Made by a program: the position numbers and the translations under genes. A stretch of 64,000 nucleotides of DNA from the NCBI GenBank assembly GCA_046483445.1, contig JAWODD010000025.1:3636-67635 (forward strand). The letters run 5' to 3'. Within the stretch, counting starts at the first letter, position 1. Every line of letters begins with the position of its first letter. A model generated the notes under the pieces. It saw only the letters and a list, made by a program, of their open reading frames with translations, ran no database searches and was not told the origin of the DNA. Positions 1-8,529 of this stretch are shown piece by piece. This DNA comes from Bacillota bacterium. GTDB taxonomy: Bacteria; Bacillota; Dethiobacteria; DTU022.

Positions 1-273
1 GCTGAGCTATCAAGCATGCCGACTGAGTCGTCCAAAACCCCCTCATAAAAGTTTATTTTAGCCTCAGGCACCCGGTGCCCGTGGTCAGGGTATTGCACTC
101 TTTTTAGCCTTTACCCATTTTTTGCCCTAAAACTGCTCTTTGGCAATATTTGGGGCTTTATTAAAAAGGCATTTACGGAATTCCTGCCGATAGAATCAGG
201 AGCCTGACAAAATAGTGTGTAAATAGTGTGTAAATAGACTGTAGTAACTCAAAAATTTACCTAATAATTATCG

Positions 274-323
274 AACAAAGAGAAAGGACGAGGTTCAATT
301 TTCCCCGTCCTTTCTCTTTGTTT
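274..323 (-). terminator. Intrinsic terminator downstream of tRNA-Arg
   Basis: Inverted repeat AACAAAGAGAAAGGACG ... CGTCCTTTCTCTTTGTT directly after the tRNA CCA end. Confidence 0.75.
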
Positions 324-326
324 GGT

Positions 327-402
327 TGGTGCGCCTGGCAGGAATCGAACCTGCGGCACACGGATTAGGAATCCGTTGCTCTATCCCCTGAGCTACAGGC
401 GC
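327..402 (-). tRNA. tRNA-Arg(CCT)
   Basis: Reverse complement GCGCCTGTAGCTCAGGGGATAGAGCAACGGATTCCTAATCCGTGTGCCGCAGGTTCGATTCCTGCCAGGCGCACCA; anticodon arm ACGGA-TT-CCT-AA-TCCGT, TTCG T-loop, encoded CCA. Confidence 0.96.
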
Positions 403-859
403 TTGGCTTAAAATATACTGATTTTAAGGAGCGCTTAAGATATCTTGCTCTATTTCATCAATCCTGTTTTCCTTCCGGGACTGTCGATATTCCTTCTTTA
501 TTTATGATTATATCTTGAATCAGTGCTGCAGGCAATAGTTAAAAGACTAAACTCATTTACAGGGACATTAATATAAGAAGATTTCAAAGATTGTTAATTA
601 TCCTATAAATAAAAGAGCACTTTAATCTTAAGATACCCATGGTAGCGGCAGCAAGAGTAAGAAAAGTGATGAAAAAGGCGGCGAAAAAGAGTTTAACGCC
701 CTCGTGGACACTTTTATAACCTTTGAAGTTACAACACCTGGTATGTTATCTTTGTGTATGTATTTGCCTGGTTTGGTAGGGTGCGTCACCTGATAAAAAT
801 CATAAAGAGGGGTTAGCTAGAATGAAATACTGTTAGAGTAGACTGTATTTAGAATGCGG

Positions 860-886
860 GAAGGATATTTTTAATTCCTGCCGAAG
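860..886 (+). promoter_or_regulatory. Putative sigma-H-like promoter of the lipoprotein operon
   Basis: GAAGGATAT...CCGAAG; AGGA-N17-GAAG versus the sigma-H consensus AGGA-N17/18-GAAT. Confidence 0.35.
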
Positions 887-975
887 TAATATACATTAGT
901 AGCTCCATAAACAAATATAACACTGTATGGAGATCTTAACATCACATTTAAATTAAATTAAAGGAGGGAACACAG

Positions 976-1338
976 TTGAAGTTTTTAAAAGCCTTTGTAT
1001 CATTATTAATTTTGCTGACTTTACTGCTTGTAGCAGTAGGATGTGATTCTGCGCCTAGCGGCGAAAACGGAGAGGAGGTAGTTGTTCAAGGAGAAGCCCA
1101 TGGGTACAATGATGAAGTTCCTATTGAGGTCGAGGTTACAGTGGTGAACGATGAAATAACGGATATAGAAATAATTGGACACGAAGAATCAGAAGATGTT
1201 TGTGAACCGGCTTTAGAAGAAATTCCAGCAAGGATCATCGATAACCAAAGCACCGATGTGGATGCGGTTTCAGCAGCTACTGAAACCTCAAAGGGAATTA
1301 TGAAAGCAGTGGAAAACGCTCTTGAATCAATTGAGTGA
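976..1338 (+). CDS. FMN-binding domain lipoprotein (ApbE flavinylation substrate)
   Basis: Lipobox VAVGC; GEAHGYN..IEVEVTV..I.DIEI fold pattern; flavinylation-like motif VDAVSAATETS; RBS AAGGAGGG, TTG start. Confidence 0.85.
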   Translation: MKFLKAFVSLLILLTLLLVAVGCDSAPSGENGEEVVVQGEAHGYNDEVPIEVEVTVVNDEITDIEIIGHEESEDVCEPALEEIPARIIDNQSTDVDAVSAATETSKGIMKAVENALESIE

Positions 1339-1390
1339 TTAGATGAACAGTAATGATTTTCATAATGAATTTTTCAAGGAGGTTTTAATT

Positions 1391-2056
1391 ATGCCAGAAA
1401 AAGACAATTTGATGACCAGAAAAGACTTCTTAAAGAACGTAGGAATATTTACCGCTGGGACTGTTTTACTCACCAGCACGGGGGGGTTATTGTACGGATG
1501 CTCTCCCGAAGAAGCAGCTACTTCTAACGGAAACGGAATTGAAACTCCTGAATGGCCGTTCCCTTACAAAAAAATTGACCCCGACCTGGTAGCTGAAAGG
1601 GCTTATGAAGGTTATAAGGAAGGCCATGGCTGAGGCACTGGTGTAGCCGAGGGTCTTCTCGGCACGCTCTCTGAAGAGGTTGGTTACCCCTATAACCAGG
1701 TTCCTCCCAAAGCTGTCTGGCTGTTCAGAGGTGGAATTGGTGGGACCCACTCAATTTGTGGAACATTGCCTGCGGCTGCCTTGATACTGGGCCTTTCCGC
1801 CGATACGGATACCCAAATGGAGCTGGTAAAAGAGCTACTTGCCTGGTACAAAGAATTTCCTTTTCCTGAATATCAGCCAGCAGGGCTGGATCTGCCTACC
1901 AGTGTTGCTGATTCAGAAAACTGTGAGAATTCGGTAATGACCTGGGTTGAGGAAAGTGGTTATGAATATGGTAGTGATGAACGTAAGGAGCGCTGTGCAG
2001 GGGTTACTGCCGATGTAGCCAAGCATACTGCAGAACTTCTAAACGGAACTGTTTAA
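1391..2056 (+). CDS. Tat-exported C-GCAxxG-C-C family (split-Soret-cytochrome-like) selenoprotein, 221 aa, Sec at codon 81 (TGA 1631-1633)
   Basis: ORFs 1343..1633 and 1766..2056 share a frame, with only one TGA between them (GHG-U-GTGVAEG...GGIGGTHSICGTL...ERKERCAGVTADVA); Tat-like TRKDFLK, lipobox LYGC; SECIS-like hairpin 3' of the TGA; RBS AAGGAGG before ATG 1391. Confidence 0.85.
1631..1663 (+). promoter_or_regulatory. Bacterial SECIS-like element
   Basis: TGA + 12 nt + stem GCCGAG / loop GGTCTT / CTCGGC; GGTCT starts 19 nt after the TGA, as in fdhA. Confidence 0.75.
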
Positions 2057-2098
2057 TTCTGTTGCCTGAACATGAGGTGACCATTGGGAGGTGATATT

Positions 2099-3136
2099 GT
2101 GAAAAAAGCTTTTTTATTGTTAATGATACTTTCTCTCACTCTTTTAATAGTGGCAGGTTGTGAGGAAACACCGATTGATGAAGAGCCGGAAGAAGGAGGG
2201 GTAGAAAGCCTGGGTATGGGTGTGGTAACATCAATAGGCCGCTCAAAGGATCTTGATGAAGAAAATGATGTCCTACCCTTAGGTCAAGTTGACAGCGTAA
2301 TTGCTGCCGCTACTTTTGATCAAGAAGGCAAGGTAGTTGAAGTAAGCATTGACACTGCTCAGGTAAAGATTCAATTCGATGAAGATCTTCAATTGGTATC
2401 GGATCCGGCTGAAGAAATCTTGACCAAAAAAGAACTTGGTGATGATTACGGTATGCGTGATGCTTCTGAAATCGACAAAGAGTGGGATGAACAAATTGCC
2501 GCTTTGGAAGAATGGATGGTCGGTAAGACCGTAGAAGAAATTACGTCCCTGGAGCTGCTTGAAGACGGAGCTCCAGATGATTCCGACCTGGTAACATCAG
2601 TTACTATAACTGTAACCGATTATATTGCAGCCCTTGATAAAGCCTATGCCAACAGTGTCAATGTTCAGCCCGGTGCAGAAGCACTTGGCCTTGGCCATAA
2701 CATTTCCATAGGTCGTTCTACAAGCCTGGATTCAGACAATGACACAATGCCCACGGCTCAGGCCGATGTGGTTATTGCCGCAGCCGTATTTGACGATGCA
2801 GATCAGGTGGCCGGAGTTATGATTGATACGGCCCAAACCAGGGTTAACTTTGATGAAGAAGGTCAGGTGACTTCCGATCCTACAGTCGAATATCCGACCA
2901 AAAAAGAACTTGGCGATGAGTACGGTATGCGCGATGCTTCTGAAATCGACAAAGAGTGGGATGAACAAATTGCCGCTTTGGAAGAATGGATGGTCGGTAA
3001 GACGGTAGAAGAAATTACGTCCCTGGAGCTGCTTGAAGATGGAGCTCCAGATGATTCCGACCTGGTAACATCAGTTACTATAACTGTGACTTCTTACTTG
3101 GAAGCGCTGGATGAGGCTTACAGCAGGGCCCGTTAA
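2099..3136 (+). CDS. Lipoprotein with two tandem FMN-binding-like domains
   Basis: Lipobox IVAGC; two ~158-aa repeats, each with TKKELGD.YGM..AS...EW.EQ...GKT.EEI...DLVTSVTITV; RBS GGGAGGTG before GTG 2099. Confidence 0.7.
   Translation: MKKAFLLLMILSLTLLIVAGCEETPIDEEPEEGGVESLGMGVVTSIGRSKDLDEENDVLPLGQVDSVIAAATFDQEGKVVEVSIDTAQVKIQFDEDLQLVSDPAEEILTKKELGDDYGMRDASEIDKEWDEQIAALEEWMVGKTVEEITSLELLEDGAPDDSDLVTSVTITVTDYIAALDKAYANSVNVQPGAEALGLGHNISIGRSTSLDSDNDTMPTAQADVVIAAAVFDDADQVAGVMIDTAQTRVNFDEEGQVTSDPTVEYPTKKELGDEYGMRDASEIDKEWDEQIAALEEWMVGKTVEEITSLELLEDGAPDDSDLVTSVTITVTSYLEALDEAYSRAR
2422..3087 (+). repeat. Intragenic direct repeat, 192 bp x2 (2422-2613 and 2896-3087), about 5 mismatches
   Basis: Direct comparison of both copies; offset 474 nt. 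Confidence 0.9.
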
Positions 3137-3207
3137 GATGGTTTAAGATTTATGCTCCGGGTTAATACTATAACTGGACCGGAGTCACGGGTAACTTGTT
3201 AAGGTTC

Positions 3208-3258
3208 AGGGCACTTTTGGCAGTTTCAGGGACAACCTGTTGGCCGGAAGTGCCCTTG
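3208..3258 (+). terminator. Hairpin after the lipoprotein operon
   Basis: AGGGCACTTTTGGC ... GCCGGAAGTGCCCT imperfect inverted repeat. Confidence 0.45.
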
Positions 3259-3373
3259 TAATTTAAAATAGCGAAACAATGATGACAGAAGCAGAGGAAT
3301 TATTTTATGGTAAACTTTTGATTATTGTTGTAAGGTAATACCTGCATTTTTAGTTAAGTATCGGAGGATTGCA

Positions 3374-3454
3374 ATGGATCACCCGGTAGATTCTTTAGGT
3401 GATATATGCCCTATCGCTGGCAGAATGGTAATTCCCATGCCTGATGAAATATAG
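3374..3454 (+). pseudogene. Possible truncated TusA/SirA-family fragment (26 codons)
   Basis: RBS GGAGG, MDHPVDSLGDICPIAGRMVIPMPDEI*; VDSLGDICPI resembles the TusA lD..G..CP.P motif. Confidence 0.35.
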
Positions 3455-3489
3455 CAGAAATGAATGAGTGATCGGGTGATCGCGATCTA

Positions 3490-3518
3490 TTGACATAAAT
3501 AATTGTTATAGGTATAAT
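3490..3518 (+). promoter_or_regulatory. Consensus sigma-A promoter of the fdh-rnfCD operon
   Basis: TTGACA-N17-TATAAT, perfect match. Confidence 0.85.
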
Positions 3519-3635
3519 TGCTTCGAATGTAAAACAGTTTAACTTATTTATTCATGATTTGCCGTTGAGATCTATCATAACTAATTAGAAATAGAGCTAA
3601 ATTGTAAAGCCCTTGTAAGAGGGTTTTACAATTTT

Positions 3636-3653
3636 ATGTGATAGTAATCACAA
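3636..3653. promoter_or_regulatory. Putative Rex (NADH/NAD+ sensor) operator
   Basis: ATGTGATAGTAATCACAA versus the consensus TTGTGAA-N4-TTCACAA, located in the fdhE leader. Confidence 0.55.
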
Positions 3654-3739
3654 TGTTTGTGTTGTTTATAATAGTGGAAATATAAAAAATGCGACAACAA
3701 CGTGACAGGAACTTAACTTAGATTGAGGGGTGTTATTAA

Positions 3740-4639
3740 TTGACAAAACTTGATCGGGCTAATTGGGAAGAGGAGATAAAGCGCTGCACAAGGCTGTACG
3801 GCAGCTTTGGTGATGCTGAACCTTTTGTCCGGGCGGTCTATAGTGCTGCAGAAGATTTCTTTAAGAATAACTCTTTAGATGTTGTCCCTCATTTTGACGC
3901 TGATGAAGCGGAAAAAATGATCAGAGCCGGTAGATGTATTAATTTAAATCCACCCATGGATACAACTCTGGTAACAAGTTTTTTAAAAAAAATGAATGAG
4001 TCTTTGTTAAAAGTTAATCCACAACTGAAAGATACAGTAAAAGAACTGGAGCAAAAATATGAGCAGTTTTTAAATAGATTTCCGGATGAGGTAAGTAAGG
4101 AGAATGTAATTGAACTGCGCGATTATCTGATTAAAGAAACTGGGTTGGAAAAAGATCTGGCCACGTTTCTTTTTTCATTTTTATTATCTTCAATGTACCG
4201 GCCGCAGTTATATTCTATCAGCGAGGTCCTGCGGACAGACCTCTGGGAAAGGGGGGATTGCCCATTGTGTGGTGAAAAACCTCATTTCGGTTATTTGACA
4301 CAAGAATCAGGTAAAAAAATGCTTGTGTGCTGGCTTTGTGGAACCGAGTGGTTACACACCCGCATTAAATGTCCGTACTGTGACAATGAAGATCATGAAA
4401 AACTTGGTTATTTTACTGTTGAAGACAGTGAAATTTGCCGGGTAAACTTTTGTCAGGTTTGCTACCAGTATTACAAGATTTTTGATGCAAGGAGGTTAAA
4501 TGCGGATGGAATCAAGGATTTGTCCATCCACAATCTGGCTACAGTATCCCAAGATTTGTTGGCCAGACAGGAGGGATTTTTACCCGGTTCCGGTATGGAA
4601 TGGGTCAATGACACTGAAGTGCCGGACAGACAAGACTAG
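3740..4639 (+). CDS. fdhE: Formate dehydrogenase accessory protein FdhE
   Basis: W.RGDCPLCG, CWLCGTEW..TRIKCPYC and CQVC..Y.K Cys pairs; lies upstream of fdh. Confidence 0.9.
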   Translation: MTKLDRANWEEEIKRCTRLYGSFGDAEPFVRAVYSAAEDFFKNNSLDVVPHFDADEAEKMIRAGRCINLNPPMDTTLVTSFLKKMNESLLKVNPQLKDTVKELEQKYEQFLNRFPDEVSKENVIELRDYLIKETGLEKDLATFLFSFLLSSMYRPQLYSISEVLRTDLWERGDCPLCGEKPHFGYLTQESGKKMLVCWLCGTEWLHTRIKCPYCDNEDHEKLGYFTVEDSEICRVNFCQVCYQYYKIFDARRLNADGIKDLSIHNLATVSQDLLARQEGFLPGSGMEWVNDTEVPDRQD

Positions 4640-4654
4640 GAGGTGGATTTACTA

Positions 4655-7600
4655 ATGAATTTAACTCGACGCAGCTTCTTGAAACTAGCAGGTGTAACAA
4701 CTGCTGCAGCTACGTTGACTGGCGTAGGCCTGAATAAGGCTTTTGCGTCTTCCAGCGATCCGATACGGATCAAGTATACAAAGGAACTTCATACAGTATG
4801 TACTTTTTGTGGAGTTGGCTGTGGAATAATTTGTAACGTTAGGGATGGTTTGATTGTCAATACGGAAGGCGATCCCGATCATCCAATTAACGAAGGTACT
4901 CTTTGTAGTAAAGGTAGTTCTCACTACAATATGGCTTATATTTACAATGAGAAGGGCAAACCAGAACCCAATCCGAAGCGCCTAACCCGCCCGCTCTACC
5001 GTGCTCCAGGAGCCAGCAGTTATGAAACTGTTGATTGGGACTGGGCTTTAGAAGAAATTGCCAAGCGGGTAAAGGAAACTCGCGATGACAATTTTGAAGA
5101 AACTGCTAATGTAGATGGCAGGCAAGTAACGGTAAACAGGACCAATGCAATATCCTGGCTGGGTAGCGCTTTTTGCACCGACGAGGAAAATTATCTTTTC
5201 CACAAAATGGCTCGGAGTATGGGGGTTATTAATATAGACCACTGTGCCCGCCTCTGACACTCTACCACAGTCGCCGGTCTCGGCGCCACGTTTGGTAGAG
5301 GTTGCATGACCAATCACTGGATTGATTACCAGCATTCCGATGTTTTCATGAATATCGGGGGCAATACTGCTGAAAACCATCCTATCTCAATGAAATGGAT
5401 TGAAAAAGCCCGGGAAAATAAAGGATCCAAGCTGATTGTAGTCGACCCCCGTATATCTCGTACTGCGGCGGTGGCTGATCATTATGTAAGTATTCGACCG
5501 GGAACAAATATTGCCTATCTCGGTGGATTGATCAACTATATAATTGAAAATCAACGCCATCATAAGGTATACGTGGAAAACTACACTAACGCTTCTTACC
5601 TGGTCAAAGAAGGTTTCGATTTTGACGAAGAAACCGGCCTCTTTTCCGGTGTTGAAGATGATCCGGTTCGTAATGCTAAAAAATATGATCAAGAAACCTG
5701 GGAATATCAAACCGACGAAGAAGGTAATGTCCTTAAAGATCCCGAGTTGAAGGATCCGAACTGTGTTTGGCAGTTAATGAAGGATCACTACAGCAAGTAC
5801 ACTATTGAAAATGTTAGCAAAATTACCGGTGCTGATCCCGATGCTTTAAGAGAATCATACGAGCTGTTCAGCGCTAGTGGTGAACCCGGAAAAGCGGGTA
5901 ATATTATGTATGCTATGGGCATAACCCAGTTTACGCATGGGGCTCAGAACGTTCGCTCTATTGCTATAGTCCAGCTTATGCTTGGAAACATGGGTATTGC
6001 CGGGGGCGGCGTTAACGCCCAGCGTGGTCAGTCTAACGTACAGGGTGCAACAGATATGTGCATACTTTATCATATAGTACCCGGTTATATGGCTACCCCG
6101 CAGCAGGCAAAACATGCCACGTTAGATGACTATATCGAGGTTGAGACTCCTGATGCGGGATGGTGGACTAACAAACCAAAGTATTTTGTAAGTTTGTTAA
6201 AAGCGTTTTATGGTGATAACGCCACAGACGCCAATGAATTTGGCTATCAGTGGCTTCCTAAGCTTGATGGTCTAGACCATTCCCATATTGCCATGTATAA
6301 GCTAATGGGTGAAGGTGAAGTGGAAGGAATGTTTTGCTGGGCTGATAACCCCGGCGTATCCGGACCGAGTTCCGCTTCGAAGCGTAACTATCAGAAAAAC
6401 CTGAAATGGCTGGTTTCAGTCGATTTGTTTGAAAACGAGACTGCTTCTTTCTGGCAGGGTCCTGGTATGGAGCCGAGTGAAATTGATACAGAAGTATTCA
6501 TTCTTCCCGCTGCTGCCGGTTATGAACGTGAAGGCAGTAAGGCCAATAGCGGCCGCTGGATTCAATGGGCTTGGAAATGTCAGGATCCCCCCGGAGAGGC
6601 CAAATCGGATCTCTGGATTGTCAATGAACTGTTTAAAAAGCTGCAGGCACTGTATGATGCGGAAGGTGGCGTAGTGCCTGAACCAATAACCAATATGTTC
6701 TGGGATTATGACGGCCCAGATGGAGAAGTTGATATTGTTAAAGTTTGTAAGGATATTAACGGTTACAATACTTATAACGATTCCTTGGTTACGAATTTTG
6801 TCAGTTTGGAGGATGATGGTTCAACAGCTTGCGGCAATTGGCTCTACAGCGGTTACTATAACAACTATGAAAATCCTGCTACCAAGAACAGGGAAAAAGA
6901 AAAAGAAGGGATAGGTTCACACCTGGGCTGGTCCTTCGCATGGCCTTTAAACCGGCGTATTGTTTACAACCGTGGTTCAGCTGATTTGGAAGGTAATCCC
7001 TGGAACCCGGACGCTCCTGTTGTTTGGTGGGATGAAGACCAGGAGAAATGGGTCGGTAATGATGTTCCGGATATTCCTGGTAGCTGGGACTTGGAACAGT
7101 CAACAGAAAATCCGTTCATTATGCTGCCGGAAGGTGTAGGAAGGTTGTTTTCAGTGAAAGCCCTGAAAGACGGACCTTTGCCTGCTCACTATGAACCTGC
7201 GGAAAGCCTGGTGTCCAACCTGCTTTACCCGAAAGCCACATACAACCCAATTAGCCAGCGTTTCTATGAAGATCATACTGTAGAAACTGACGAAGAAAGG
7301 GAACAATACCCTTACATAATTACCACTTATCGGATTGTTGAACACTTTCAAACGGGAATTGTTACCCGTAACATTCCCTGGCTGAACGAATTAATGCCCG
7401 AACTGTTCATTGAGTTAAGTGAAGAGCTAGCTGAAGAACTGAATATTAGCAATGGGGATGAGGTAATTGTAGAAAGCAAACGGTTGTTAAAGGATGGGGA
7501 ACAAGGTTCTATCAAAGCTAAAGCCTGTGTCACCAAGCGGTTTAAGCCGATGGAGATTCAAGGTGAGAAAAGACACGTTGTCGGAATGCCCTGGCACTGG

Positions 7601-7720
7601 GGATTTAAAGGTATGAGCAACGGCTCCATAACCAATGATTTGAGCGCATCAGTCGGTGATGCCAATACCACCATTCCAGAGTCCAAGGCATTTCTGTGCA
7701 ATATAAGGAGGGCTGTATAA
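4655..7720 (+). CDS. fdhA: Tat-exported Mo/W selenocysteine formate dehydrogenase alpha subunit (FdnG-like), Sec at TGA 5255-5257
   Basis: TRRSFLK Tat motif; CTFCGVGC...[43 protein letters not shown] joins 4643..5257 and 5306..7720 in frame; RGQSNVQG; C-terminal molydop-binding domain. Confidence 0.96.
5255..5285 (+). promoter_or_regulatory. SECIS element of fdhA
   Basis: TGA followed by CGCCG-GTCT-CGGCG hairpin; GGTCT starts 19 nt after the TGA. Confidence 0.8.
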
Positions 7721-8512
7721 ATGGCAAAACAAATCTGCTTAATAGATGCCTCCAAATGCATCGGCTGCAGAGGATGCCAGGTTGCCTGCAAGCAATGGAA
7801 CCAGCTGCCGGCTGCAGATACTACGTTTGAAGGAAGTTATGAAAATCCGCCTGCACTTTCATCTACAACGTGGATGCGAATTATGTTCAGGGAATATGAA
7901 AATGAAAATAGTAATGGTAAAGTTGATTGGTTAATGTCCAAGCAGGGTTGTATGCACTGCAGTGATGCCGCCTGCATGCAAGCTTGCCCGGCCGGTGCTA
8001 TTTACCGTACGGAGTTCGACACGGTTATGGTTGATGAACTTAAATGTATCGGCTGCAATTATTGCGCTGCAGCCTGTCCTTTCGATGTGATTGGTTTTGA
8101 CCGCCTGGCTAATAAAGCACGAAAATGTACTTTTTGTCTTGATCGTTTGGAAAACGGCTTAAAACCGGCCTGTGCTACAGCATGTCCGAGCGGTTCAATA
8201 GAATTTGGCGACAGCAGAGAGCTGATTTCTAAAGCACAGAGCCGGGAAGCTGAGCTAAAAGCGGCGGGCAAAACAAATGCCACTATTTACGGTTTGGATG
8301 AGGTTGATGGGACAGGGATGCTCTATGTTTTGGCCGACAAGCCTGAAAAGTATGGTTTTCCGGCCGATCCACAGGTCCCGATTCAAACCCGTATTTGGAA
8401 TACCGTATATGCACCATTACGCGTATTTGTTGTAATTGCGGTTGCTTTTGGCTTGTGGGTTAATAGAGCCCAGAGCAAGAAAGTTGAAGAAGGTAAGAGC
8501 AAAACGAAATAA
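7721..8512 (+). CDS. fdhB: Formate dehydrogenase iron-sulfur beta subunit with C-terminal membrane anchor (FdnH-like)
   Basis: CIGCRGCQVACK, CMHCSDAAC..ACP, CIGCNYCAAACP, CTFC..R...PACATACP; C-terminal hydrophobic helix. Confidence 0.93.
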   Translation: MAKQICLIDASKCIGCRGCQVACKQWNQLPAADTTFEGSYENPPALSSTTWMRIMFREYENENSNGKVDWLMSKQGCMHCSDAACMQACPAGAIYRTEFDTVMVDELKCIGCNYCAAACPFDVIGFDRLANKARKCTFCLDRLENGLKPACATACPSGSIEFGDSRELISKAQSREAELKAAGKTNATIYGLDEVDGTGMLYVLADKPEKYGFPADPQVPIQTRIWNTVYAPLRVFVVIAVAFGLWVNRAQSKKVEEGKSKTK

Positions 8513-8529
8513 CACGGGGGTGAAATCAA

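Noticed and set aside
1-16. Possible 5' end of another tRNA on the minus strand (TGCTTGATAGCTCAGC)
   Set aside because: Only 16 nt lie inside the window, so neither structure nor identity can be confirmed
420-970. Moco/Wco or FMN riboswitch upstream of the redox operons
   Set aside because: No recognisable conserved motifs by eye; an Rfam scan would be needed
1343-1633. Track ORFs 1343..1633/1766..2056 and 4643..5257/5306..7720 as separate genes or pseudogenes
   Set aside because: Each pair is one frame with a single TGA followed by a SECIS-like hairpin; treated as selenoproteins
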